In this document: one piece after another, positions 19,480 through 29,298 of the stretch
Layout of the letters: each line of letters begins with the position of its first letter
Numbering within the stretch: the stretch's first letter is position 1
The notes under the pieces: generated by a model
Databases searched by the model: none
Seen by the model: only the letters and a program-made list of their open reading frames with translations
What the model was told of the DNA's origin: nothing
Assembly: GCA_963727625.1 (NCBI GenBank)
Contig: CAVSHR010000005.1
Location: forward strand, 288,001-352,000
Origin: an uncultured delta proteobacterium
GTDB lineage: Bacteria; Desulfobacterota; Binatia; UBA9968
Direction: 5' to 3'
Length of the DNA: 64,000 nt
Program-made: the position numbers and the translations under genes

Positions 19480-20164
19480 ATGACTACGAACAAGGGCAAC
19501 CGGCAGTTCATTGACTCTGTCATCAGGAAAATTATCCAGCCGGGTATGGACCGGCTGATGGAAACGCCGCTACTTCTCCGACCTGCGAGCAGGCAAGCTT
19601 ACTACCCGCCGGATCCAAGGTTTCGCCATGCAGCACTACATCCACAATATGGGCATTCTCAAAGCGTTCGCTCTCGGGGCGACCCAGCACGCCGCCGATG
19701 ACCGGACTTTTACGGCGTATGCCACGGCCATGGGTGAGGAACTGACCCACCCCAACATGTGCAAGACTTTGGGCTTCTCCTTGGGCCTCACGGAGAAGGA
19801 CTTCGACAACGCCGTGCCGGTACCCGGCGCCCTGGTGCACACGGCGGTGTGTATTCACGGGATATTCCTGGTGTCCGTCGCTGAGATGCGTGCCATGGCG
19901 CTGTCCAACGAGACGATGGTCCAACGTTACGCCGAAGAGTTCGACGAATACCTATCGAAGGCACCCTACAACATGTCGGAGCAAGCCCGCGAGTTCTTCA
20001 TCGTTCACAAGGGCGCCGACGTCGAGCACACCGAGCGCTCGGCCGCCGCCATCGCGGAGAGCGCGACCAGCGACGAGGATCAGGAAAAGGTTCGAACGAT
20101 TTGCCGGAACATGGCCGGGTTCAAGCTCGGCAAGTTCGACAGCATCTACGACGAGTACGCCTGA
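19480..20164 (+). pseudogene. heme-oxygenase-like (TenA/PqqC/CADD) protein split by a +1 frameshift near 19570
   Basis: RBS AAGGAG with ATG at 19480. Removing one base at ccg-c-tac joins METP to YFSDLRAGKLT...AMQHY. EELTH and HKGADVEH metal-ligand motifs are present. Confidence 0.75.
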
Positions 20165-20452
20165 CTGTGCGGCTGGACAATTCCTTGCTTGCCCAATTTT
20201 GTTGCACCGCATCACGTTCGTGCTCGCGCCGCTTCGCCTATCGACGAGGATTTACCCGCGACCCCGACAGCGTCGTGGCGGCGCATCGCTCGCACAAGCG
20301 CCGCGTTCGCAAGGCGAACTTTTACAAGTGCAGGCGAAGAGACAGCATTAGATCCTGCAGCGCCGGAAACGCCGCCTAGTTCTGCTTAACGTTAGCGCCA
20401 CGGTCGAATTGAGATTTCCTCTTCAAACAAATCAAACGGCGGAGAAATCACG

Positions 20453-20605
20453 ATGGCAGAGAACACTCAATCACCGGTCATGCTCATCCACAAAATGTCT
20501 CAAGGACACTACCTCTCGCAGGCGGTTTACGCGGTAGCCAAGCTCGGCATCGTCGGCTTGCAAGGGCGCGGTAAAGCACTTGCCACGTTGTGGCGCTTGG
20601 AATAG
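20453..20605 (+). pseudogene. 5' remnant of an O-methyltransferase (dimerisation domain)
   Basis: RBS GGAG then MAENTQSPVMLIHKMSQGHYLSQAVYAVAKLGI; similarity then ends and a stop follows after 50 aa. Confidence 0.6.
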
Positions 20606-20689
20606 ATTGCACGAGTGTTGGCAAACAACCTCGCGCACATCGGGACTTTCGGGGTTAAATCCGTTGGACGAAAAACCAAGGAGATAGCC

Positions 20690-21716
20690 ATGATCGACAT
20701 GCATGCCCATTGGAGGCCCGCCGAGCTGATCGACGCCCTGCGCGCCCGTATCAAGGAACCGCGCATCGTGCGCAACCAGGACGGCGCAGAAGTGCTGAAG
20801 AGCCGGATCGGCGAGGAGCCGGTGTCCAAGGCGTTCGATGACGTGGAATTCCATCTCGCAAGGATGGCTCGCCAGGACGTGAGCACCAGCGTGCTGTCGC
20901 TGCTCGGCGCGTTCTGCTGGATCGAGTCGCAGCCGGTCGAGGTTTCGCTGCCGCTGTGCCAGATGGTCAACGACGCGCTGTCGGGGATTTGCCAGAAACA
21001 CCCGGGGCGCTTCCGTGTGTTTGCCGCGCTGCCGCTCGTGGATATATCTGCCGCCGCCGCCGAGTTCGAGCGCGCGCTGGCGCTGCCGGGCGTGGTCGGC
21101 GCGCAAGTGCCGGGAAACGGTTTTCTCACCAAGAAGGACGCCGAAGCCATGCGCCCGCTTTTGGAAGTGGCAAACCATCACCATGCGATCGTGTTCATTC
21201 ATCACGGTCCGCGGCCGGGCGACGCGTTTCCCAAGGTCGCCAGCGACACCGACAACGCGCGGCGCCGCAACGGCACGCTCGACATGCAGGCGAGCCTCTC
21301 CTCGGTGATGGTGACGCTGTGCCTCACCGACTACCTAGCGCCCTACCCCGATGCGACGGTTCTGGTGCACAATCTCGGCGGCAATATTCCCTACGAGATC
21401 GAGCGCATGGATCACCGCTGCCTGCTGGATACACCGAACGAGGAACTGCCATCGTCTCGCTTCCGCCGCGCCAAGGTGTACGTCGACTGCAACTCGTTCG
21501 GCCCGCGTGCGATCGAGGCCGCGGTGCGCTGTTACGGCGCCGAGCGCATCGTCTGCGGCACCGACGGCACCGAATTCGGCTGCGAGTGGACCAACAAGGC
21601 GCTTGCGGACGCGGAGATCGGCGAGGATGCGCGCGCGAAGATCTTGCACCGCAACGCCGACAGCGATGATGTCGCGGGTCGGAAATTCCGCGCAGCGCGA
21701 AACCGTCGCCGCGTAA
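20690..21716 (+). CDS. amidohydrolase_2 family protein (ACMSD-like); +1 indel near 21660
   Basis: IDMHAH, FIHHG, HNLGG and GTDG motifs; RBS AAGGAG. The as-read ORF ends at 21766; the corrected frame ends at 21716. Confidence 0.85.
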
Positions 21717-21919
21717 CCCCCAACCTCTGCGGAGAACGGCGAAAAACCGGATCGAATATTTCATGAGCCAATCCTGATACTTTGTACGCCATCACACCAT
21801 TTGTGGTGCAACCATTTGCCTGCGCGCTCTCGGCACATGCCAAAGCGCCGCATTGGGCACTTCATGAAGGTCTGAAGTGAACCTTCTCTGAAGATACTGA
21901 ATTATGGTACTATTCGCGT

Positions 21920-22144
21920 ATGGATTATCAGAAAATCATAACTATCGAACCGGACAAGCGAGGCGGCAAGCCTTGCGTTCGTGGCACCAGGATGACGGTC
22001 ACCGATGTCCTGGAGTATCTCGCCGGGGGTATGACGCACGAAGAATTACTTGCCGAGTTTCCTGATCTGACAGCCGAGGACATTCGCGCCTGCCTCGCCT
22101 TCGCGGCAGATCGCGAGCGCAAGCTTGCATCCCTTCCGGAATGA
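21920..22144 (+). CDS. DUF433 antitoxin (VapB45-like)
   Basis: I-x-I-x-P...GGKPCVRGTRM-x-V...LA-x-G...E-x-P-x-L...DIRACL signature. Confidence 0.93.
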   Translation: MDYQKIITIEPDKRGGKPCVRGTRMTVTDVLEYLAGGMTHEELLAEFPDLTAEDIRACLAFAADRERKLASLPE

Positions 22145-22473
22145 AGCTTCTCTTCGACCAAAATCTCTCACCCCGTCTTCCGAGTATATTGATCGACATC
22201 TATCCAGAAAGTGTTCACGTGCGCGAAGTCGGCATGCGTGACGCAACCGACACGGCAATTTGGGAGTACGCCAAAACCAATGATTTTGTAATTGTGTCAA
22301 AAGATTCCGACTTTCAAGCACGCAGCTTACTTTACGGCAGCCCACCGAAATTTATCTGGTTGCGTGTGGGCAACTGCCCAGTCAAAACCATCGAAGAGTT
22401 ACTTCGAAATCATTCCTTGGCCATCCACACTTTCGCGCAGAAACAAGGTCAAAGTCATCTTATGCTTCCGTAA
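22141..22473 (+). CDS. DUF5615 PIN-like toxin (VapC45-like)
   Basis: MKLLFDQNLS...D-x-x-IW...IVSKDSDF; ATGA overlap with the DUF433 gene. Confidence 0.92.
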   Translation: MKLLFDQNLSPRLPSILIDIYPESVHVREVGMRDATDTAIWEYAKTNDFVIVSKDSDFQARSLLYGSPPKFIWLRVGNCPVKTIEELLRNHSLAIHTFAQKQGQSHLMLP

Positions 22474-22541
22474 GCCCGCGACATTAAAAACGCCAAAATA
22501 AAAGCTCTGACTCTTGGCAGTTCCACGTTAACCATAACGCT

Positions 22542-22773
22542 CGCCAAGGTGCTCCTTCGGCCCGCGCGCGATCGAGGCCGCTGTGCGTTGTTACAGCGCC
22601 GAGCGCATCGTGTGCGGTACCGACGGCACCGAATTCGGTTGCGACTGGACTCACAAGGCCCTCGGTGAAGCAGAGATCAGCGAAGACGCCCGCGCGATGA
22701 TCCTCTAACGCAACGCTGAAGTGGTGATGTCGCACCTTAGAAATTCCGCCACCGCGAAACCACCACCGCTTAA
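22542..22773 (+). pseudogene. degenerate copy of the 3' end of the upstream amidohydrolase (21469-21716)
   Basis: Colinear similarity (FGPRAIEAAVRCY...VCGTDGTEFGC) with a short deletion and an in-frame TAA. Confidence 0.85.
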
Positions 22774-22899
22774 CAGTAACTTCAAAGAGCTGACACTCGG
22801 TTTTCCCTCGACCCTCATGCAGATTACGCTGAGTTTGATTTTTAAATCCTTTACAAAGGAAGGGGTTGACCTACACCTGCTGTAAAGTAAGGTCTTGCA

Positions 22900-24264
22900 A
22901 TGGGTGACATCGATACCTCCACTTCGGCCCGGACCTCAGCCGATATCCTAGTGCTCGGCGGCATCGTTATCACCATGGACGAACGCCGCAGTATTTTGCC
23001 CGACGGAGCGCTGGCGATACGCGGGGACGCCATTGTCGACCTCGGTAAGCGAGCCGAGATCGCTGCGGCGTACCATGGCGCGACGGTTATCGACGCGGCG
23101 GGATGCCTGGTTATTCCCGGGCTGATCGATGCCCACACGCATATCCCGATGACGCTCTTTCGCGGGCTCGCCGACGATCTGCCACTGCACACCTGGCTCG
23201 AGCAGCATGTCTGGCCCGCGGAGCAAAAGTTCATCAACGAAGAAACCGTACGATGGGGCAGCCGCCTTGGCGTTGCCGAGCTGGTGCGTTCGGGCGTGAC
23301 CACGCTATGCGATATGTATTTCCATGAAGATCAGGTCGCGGAGGTCGTCGATGAGCTCGGGATGCGTGGGATTCTGTCAAACGTCTACTTCGACGCTACC
23401 GCCGCCAACGACACGGAACGCGCGCGCACGTTGGCTGGCGCCGAACAGTTCATCGCTCGCTGGCACGGTCACTCCCGTATTGTACCAGCATTAGGACCCC
23501 ACGCGACCTACACCGTGGGGCCCGACCTTTACCGTCGATTGCACGCGCTCGCTGAGCGAACGGATGTTCCCGTTGTCACCCACTTGGCCGAAACCCGGGA
23601 GGAAGATCGTGAGATCCGCCGCCGCTACGGGCTCTCGCCCGTACATCACTTGGAGAACCTCGGCCTCGTAGATGCCCGGTTAGTCGCCGCCCACTGTGTC
23701 TGGGTCAATGGCGAAGAAATCGACCTCCTGGCGGCGGCCCGTGTGGGCGTGGTGCATAATCCCCGCAGCAACCTGAAGCTCGCCAGCGGCATCGCGCCGA
23801 TTCCCGACATGCTGAGCGCCGCCGTCCTGGTTGCTCTCGGCACCGATGGTGCTGCAAGCAACAATGAGCTTAATCTGCTCGCCGAGATTCGCACCGCCGC
23901 TCTTGTTCACAAGGGTGTCCGGCTCGATCCTCTAGCAGTTCCGGCAATCGCAGCGCTTGAGATGGCCACCATCGGGGGCGCGCGCACACTCAAGTTGGAT
24001 CACCTGGTCGGCTCGCTAGAGCCGGGAAAGCGGGCCGATGTCGTGGTCATCGACCTCGACGAAGACAACCTGGTGCCGCTCTACGATCCTGTGTCTCATC
24101 TCGCCTACGCCGTGGAGACCTCCAACGTGAGAACGGTCATTATCGATGGACGCATCGTGCTGCGAGACGGCGTGCTCGCTACTGCTGACGAAAGGGAGAT
24201 TCGCCGCCGGGTGCGCGAGCTAGCGATCGAGATCGGCTCCTTCCGGGGGATCGCATCCTCCTGA
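22900..24264 (+). CDS. MtaD/SAH-deaminase-like amidohydrolase
   Basis: PGLIDAHTH, GPHATYT, HLAET, AHCV, HNPRSNLKLASG and LGTDGAASNN motifs. Confidence 0.9.
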   Translation: MGDIDTSTSARTSADILVLGGIVITMDERRSILPDGALAIRGDAIVDLGKRAEIAAAYHGATVIDAAGCLVIPGLIDAHTHIPMTLFRGLADDLPLHTWLEQHVWPAEQKFINEETVRWGSRLGVAELVRSGVTTLCDMYFHEDQVAEVVDELGMRGILSNVYFDATAANDTERARTLAGAEQFIARWHGHSRIVPALGPHATYTVGPDLYRRLHALAERTDVPVVTHLAETREEDREIRRRYGLSPVHHLENLGLVDARLVAAHCVWVNGEEIDLLAAARVGVVHNPRSNLKLASGIAPIPDMLSAAVLVALGTDGAASNNELNLLAEIRTAALVHKGVRLDPLAVPAIAALEMATIGGARTLKLDHLVGSLEPGKRADVVVIDLDEDNLVPLYDPVSHLAYAVETSNVRTVIIDGRIVLRDGVLATADEREIRRRVRELAIEIGSFRGIASS

Positions 24265-24327
24265 GGCGCGCAGTTGGGGGAAGCATCAGTGACAGACATG
24301 CCTATTAACTCATGGTAGGAGGGAACG

Positions 24328-24436
24328 ATGCCGCGCCACCCCGAGTTCACGCTGAAGGCTTGCTCTTTCACGTCATGGCCCACGGCAATGACGGGCAGAA
24401 GATTTTTCTCGGTGAAACCAACTATCGGGCATTCAA
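24328..24436 (+). pseudogene. 5' remnant of a RAYT / IS200-like Y1 (HUH) transposase
   Basis: RBS AGGAGG; with one base restored the frame reads MPRHPRVHAEGLLFHVMAHGNDGQKIFLGETNYRAF, matching the MPRxxR...HVxxRGN...IF N-terminus of RAYTs. Confidence 0.75.
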
Positions 24437-24576
24437 GGATTGTCGATAGCGGCGGACTGCGTCCACTTCTTGTGATAATCGAATCCGATGTAGGTCATAC
24501 TCCAACCTCCTTCGTAGGTGGTTTCTGTTTCTCCCATGCTACTCAGAGTTGGTCCCTCTTTCATATCATCTGTCAC
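24433..24576 (-). mobile_element. IS110-family left-end remnant (transposase N-terminus 24498-24433)
   Basis: RBS GGAGG then MTYIGFDYHKKWTQSAAID, the YxGxDxHK first DEDD motif; truncated after about 20 codons. Confidence 0.7.
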
Positions 24577-25157
24577 CGTGTGTATTCCGTCTTTGACTGC
24601 TTTCCCGCTTCGGACAAGCGCAAGTTCAGAAACGCTGCAAGGACGCCCCGGCACCGGCTTTAACTCGCTAAGGAGCGGCATTCCTAAAATCGAAGTGCCG
24701 GAAGAAAATCAGCGGGAAGACAGCGTCGAATATCTCGACGGCGACGACGAGCGATTTTCCGACCGCAGACCGGCGGACAACTGCTCAACGAAATATTCGC
24801 CAACCCGGGCCAATAGCTTTCGTTACATTCGGCGTCATTGAAGCGCGCGCAGGCCATGGGGCGTGCCAACCTCGCGTTCATTTCACGCGAACCATCAAGT
24901 CGAAGACGCGTTGAGGGCTGCGGTGGTAGCGCGATGATTACGCCCCCTTTGACACGCTGCTGAATTTTTTGTCGCGCCCTTTCGGCTGGGGTCGTTTTCC
25001 TCTCACGATTAAAAAAATATAAAGACCTGGCCCTGATCGATGTGCTGCGGTGAGACCGACGAGAATCCGAAATGTCAAAATACAACCCTTGACCCCGATG
25101 CTCAGGCGGGCAAAACTGGGGGACGATAGCTCGTCACTAACAGCCGAAGGGTGAAAT

Positions 25158-28100
25158 ATGGCTTTGATCCATGCTTCGTTGCTCGATAATTGGGCGAACT
25201 TGAATCTTTCGCGCGATAAGCTTGGAGAACTGCTTAGGCGGTTGATCCATGCCAACATCTCCCTGCCCGCCATCAAGACGATCCGTTTTCTAGCGCACGA
25301 ATCAAATCAACTTTCTGGCTGGGATGGAACTCTGGAATGCCAGAGCCAAGTGCCTTGGATACCATCTAACACTTCGGTCTGGGAGCTTGGAACCGGAAGC
25401 AGCGCTCGCCAAAAAATTCGCAATGATTTTGCCGAGCGACGAGAAAAGGAGCTTCTGCCTAACTGGGAGAGGAACAAGACAACGTACGTGGCCGTTACTC
25501 TAAGGAAAGTTGACGATATCGCGAATCTAATTAATGAACTGACGCGCGATAGTCCTTGGTTCGATGTCCGTGTAATCGACGCGCAAGCGTTTGAAGAATG
25601 GATTGAAGTAAGCCCAACCGTCGAAACATGGTTACAAGAGCAGGGGATAGGCCCTCCACCGAGTATTTGCACGCTTTCGAGAGCGTGGGGAGATTGGAGT
25701 GAGAAGACTCAGCCCCCCGTTTCAACTAAGCTTGTTCTTGCCGGACGGACTCAAAATGCCGCTGACCTGCGGAGCAATCTGGCCAGTCCCGGCAGCCCAA
25801 TCAATGTCCAAGCGGATTCACCGGCTGAAGCGGTAGCATTTGTTTATTCGGTTATTGAATCTTCCGATGACGATTTATTCCGTGACTCATTCCTAGCCCG
25901 AGCCATCGTGATTAACCGAGGCGCGGATGCGGCGCGATTTCGATCCTCTCCAAAGGCACAAAACATAATCCTTACTCCGCCTGCGACAACCGAATCTTTA
26001 TCACTGTCACGATGTGGTCACACAGTAATTAATACTCTTGGAAATGGTTCGTTGGCGCATAGAATTGCAATTCGGATAATTCGGCCGCTACGCTCTGATT
26101 TTGCCAACGCTCTCGTCGGAATGGGGATGTCCGAAGACGAAGCTGCCGTTGAAGCGCGAGCCTGTGGGGGAAGCGCATCGATTTGGCGCGTTTGGAATCT
26201 CTATCGCTGTGCAGACCCTGAAAGCGAAATTCCTGACTGGGCAAAACCGGAATGTTCGGCGCTCGTTGTACCTGCTGTATTATTAGGCGGTTGGAATGAA
26301 GACTCTGAGGGCGATAGGAAAATCATCGAGACTATCAGCGGAAAAACCTTTAGCGATTATCGCTATCAACTCAATCGTTTTGTTTCCTCGGACAATCCTC
26401 TCTTAATAAAGGTCAGTGATGCATGGGTAATTTCGGCTCCAGCCACCGCGTTTGCTCTTACCTCACGTCACATAACACAAGGCCATCTTGATGCTTTTTC
26501 AAAGGTAGTCAAGACAGTTTTCTCAGAAGTCGATCCAACAATTAATCTTCCGCCCGATGAACGAGCTTATGCCGGACTCAAAGATATCCATATGAGGAAC
26601 TCGACGTGGTTACGTGACGGTCTTGCCGAGTCACTGCTGCGTATTGCGGTTATAGGGGATGAGCTTGAACGAAATGGCGTGATTCCGCAGCGTCAAAGTC
26701 GTCAAATTTACGTGGACTCGATTGTGAGAGAACTGCCGGGCTTACGTGAAGACTGGCGGCTTGTGGCGAGTCTTAAAGATCAGCTCCCCGTGCTTGCAGA
26801 GGCGGCCCCTCTCCCTTTCGTCGAAGCCCTGGAACGCCTTCTCCAGGGCGAACCTGAGAAACTTCGGCCTATTTTTGTCGAAGGCAAAGGGCTATTCCCA
26901 GACGTATTCCACACGGGATTGCTATGGGCACTGGAAACATTGGCGTGGAATCCGGCTTATCTTGCTCCTGTTGTAATTATCCTCGGAAAACTCGCGGAAA
27001 TCGACCCGGGCGGACAATTATCGAATCGACCAATAAACACACTCAAGGAAATCTTTCTTGCGTGGAGGCCAGGTACGAGTGCGAACCTCGACCAAAGACT
27101 AGAGGCCTTGGATTTGGTGCTCGATCGATTTGATGAGATCGGCTGGGATTTATTGAGCGGAATTTTACCAAAGAGTAGTGACGTATCCTCCCCAACGCGT
27201 GAACCCCAGTGGAGAGACTTCGGACGGTCGCAGAGGGAACCGCTCACCAATGCCGCGATGTGGAGAGCCTATAAAAACTACGTTGACCGAGCAATTAGTC
27301 ATGCTCGAGCCCAAGGAAGTCGTTGGAAAACACTCATTGACGTTTGCGATGATATTCCAGACGAGTGGCAGAAGTCGATCGAGGGAGGGTTGATTGACTT
27401 AGCTAAGCAGGGCCTGTCTCAGGGTGATCGAAAAATAATCTGGGAGGCGATTAGGCGCTTTCTCAACAGACACAGGGCGTACGCGGAGGCACCATGGTCA
27501 CTTCCAGAAGAACGCCTTAAACGACTTGATGGTGTTAGGCAGCTTTTTGAGCCCAAAGATCTCATAGATCAGGTTGCGTGGCTTTTTAACGAAGATTTTC
27601 CAGATTTACCGGTTCCCAAAACTAATTACGAAACGGAACGCGAGCAATTGAATAACCTCCGCAATGACGCCATAAAAAAGGTGTGGGAAATCGGTCAAGC
27701 TGAATTGATCAAAAGTCTTGTCAATCAAGTTTCGTACGTGGGCTTGGTTGGCGCGCATTTGATGCCGTGCCTGAATGATGCAAAAATCGCGATCGAAATA
27801 ATGGAACTGACGCGCAATGGAACTGATAAAGAGAAATTTTTTGCAAGGTGCCTCTCCGGAAGCGCGTATGACAAATTCGGCGATGCCTGGACGCTAATTC
27901 TGCTCTCGAAAACGAAAGACCACAGTTGGTCGGCCGACGAACTTGTCAATGCACTGCTTAATTTTCCAGATGCGCGAAAAACATTTCAATTATTAGAATC
28001 TTTTACCCCCGAAATACAGCGGGTATATTGGGTTAGGAGACCAAGATGGCTTAGTTGTAAGGATGAAGATCTGGTCGCTTATGCCATCAAGAAATTGATG

Positions 28101-28976
28101 GAAAATGGACGTGCTCTTGATGCTCTAGTTTCTGCTGCGCAACACTGGAAGTCAAAAGAGCCCATCGTTGTATTTGAATTATTGGACCTAGCCGTCCAAG
28201 AACTGAATGATAAAAAGGATGACCAAACATTAGGAAATGCTGGTTTCTGGCTTAACGAGTTGTTCAAGTGGCTTCGTCGTCAACCGGGGATCGATAAAGG
28301 GCAGCTCGCGCGTAGGGAATACGCTTACTTGCCGCTTCTCACAGGAACTGCTGAAAGAACACATTTGGCATTGCATGAGATCCTTGCAACCGACCCGGTC
28401 TTCTTCGTCAGGGTAGTATCCGATCTCTATAAAGCATCTTCCGATGTGAACGAACATTACCAACCTACAAAGGATGAGCGTCTCCGTGCAGAATTTGCTT
28501 GGGAGCTTCTGAGATCGTGGAGGCAACCGCCCGGAGTTACCGCTAGCGGGGATGTGGATGCTGACAAACTTAACGAGTGGGTCGAAAGAGCACGCCAGCT
28601 TGCAGTTGAAGTGGATCGCAACGATGTCACGGATCGCGAAATAGGCAAAGTTTTATTCTATTTTCCGAGCGATCCGAACGACTCCGTATGGCCACATATT
28701 GAGTTGCGGCGATTACTTGAAAGACTTCAAAATGAAAATTTGGAGGCGGGCATCGAACTTGAACAGTTTAATGCGCGAGGAGTTGTCAACAAAGGGCTAT
28801 TTGAGGGAGGCACTCAAGAACGAGCCCTTGCTGAAAAATGGCGCAATTGGGCTCTAGGATTGGGGCTTCGCTGGCCACGCACACGGGCCGTGTGCGAACG
28901 AATAGCGGCGTTGTGGGAATCTGACGCAAAGCGCGAAGATGAGAGAGCGAAGAAGCAACGGCTCCAAATGGGGTGA
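25158..28976 (+). CDS. 1272-aa hypothetical protein: nuclease-like N-terminus, degenerate STAND-like module, helical repeats; candidate defence protein
   Basis: Long intact ORF, visibly more AT-rich than neighbours. Motifs: GWDG...WELGT, LAGR...INVQADS, CGGS, and a long Leu/Trp-rich helical C-terminus ending NARGV...GGTQERALA. Confidence 0.8.
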   Translation: MALIHASLLDNWANLNLSRDKLGELLRRLIHANISLPAIKTIRFLAHESNQLSGWDGTLECQSQVPWIPSNTSVWELGTGSSARQKIRNDFAERREKELLPNWERNKTTYVAVTLRKVDDIANLINELTRDSPWFDVRVIDAQAFEEWIEVSPTVETWLQEQGIGPPPSICTLSRAWGDWSEKTQPPVSTKLVLAGRTQNAADLRSNLASPGSPINVQADSPAEAVAFVYSVIESSDDDLFRDSFLARAIVINRGADAARFRSSPKAQNIILTPPATTESLSLSRCGHTVINTLGNGSLAHRIAIRIIRPLRSDFANALVGMGMSEDEAAVEARACGGSASIWRVWNLYRCADPESEIPDWAKPECSALVVPAVLLGGWNEDSEGDRKIIETISGKTFSDYRYQLNRFVSSDNPLLIKVSDAWVISAPATAFALTSRHITQGHLDAFSKVVKTVFSEVDPTINLPPDERAYAGLKDIHMRNSTWLRDGLAESLLRIAVIGDELERNGVIPQRQSRQIYVDSIVRELPGLREDWRLVASLKDQLPVLAEAAPLPFVEALERLLQGEPEKLRPIFVEGKGLFPDVFHTGLLWALETLAWNPAYLAPVVIILGKLAEIDPGGQLSNRPINTLKEIFLAWRPGTSANLDQRLEALDLVLDRFDEIGWDLLSGILPKSSDVSSPTREPQWRDFGRSQREPLTNAAMWRAYKNYVDRAISHARAQGSRWKTLIDVCDDIPDEWQKSIEGGLIDLAKQGLSQGDRKIIWEAIRRFLNRHRAYAEAPWSLPEERLKRLDGVRQLFEPKDLIDQVAWLFNEDFPDLPVPKTNYETEREQLNNLRNDAIKKVWEIGQAELIKSLVNQVSYVGLVGAHLMPCLNDAKIAIEIMELTRNGTDKEKFFARCLSGSAYDKFGDAWTLILLSKTKDHSWSADELVNALLNFPDARKTFQLLESFTPEIQRVYWVRRPRWLSCKDEDLVAYAIKKLMENGRALDALVSAAQHWKSKEPIVVFELLDLAVQELNDKKDDQTLGNAGFWLNELFKWLRRQPGIDKGQLARREYAYLPLLTGTAERTHLALHEILATDPVFFVRVVSDLYKASSDVNEHYQPTKDERLRAEFAWELLRSWRQPPGVTASGDVDADKLNEWVERARQLAVEVDRNDVTDREIGKVLFYFPSDPNDSVWPHIELRRLLERLQNENLEAGIELEQFNARGVVNKGLFEGGTQERALAEKWRNWALGLGLRWPRTRAVCERIAALWESDAKREDERAKKQRLQMG

Positions 28977-29003
28977 ACCGATTCCATCAACGGTATTAAG
29001 CAG

Positions 29004-29265
29004 ATGGATTACAACAAACTCGTGACAGACATTGAAAAGGTTCCCAGAGATATAGAGGGTGCTACAAAAAATATCGTTACGCTCTTGGAACATACGAGGC
29101 ATTTGGAAGGGAGAACGGATATCGCTGAGCCACTCGCGCGAGGCTTGCTTGACTCCGCTCCATACTTTATTCACAAGCAGCTCAAGCGATTGCAACTACA
29201 TCTCGAGGATGATCCAGACATCATCGCATGGATCTCCCGAAACTTAATGGAGTTGGGAAACTTCT
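29004..29265 (+). pseudogene. hypothetical protein, apparently 3'-truncated
   Basis: ATG 27 nt after the large gene. After ...AWISRNLMEL the frame crosses a GGGGTC motif and runs antisense into the next gene (stop at 29387). Confidence 0.5.
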
Positions 29266-29298
29266 GGGGTCTGCCTGACTTTTACATCTCGACTGAAT

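Noticed and set aside
19560-19580. Programmed frameshifting as the explanation for split genes
   Set aside because: No slippery sequence or stimulatory structure; similar indels recur in unrelated genes.
24620-24900. Coding-like stretch (KIEVPEENQREDSVEYLDGDDE) upstream of the large gene
   Set aside because: No credible start or recognisable family; possibly a gene remnant but unsupported.
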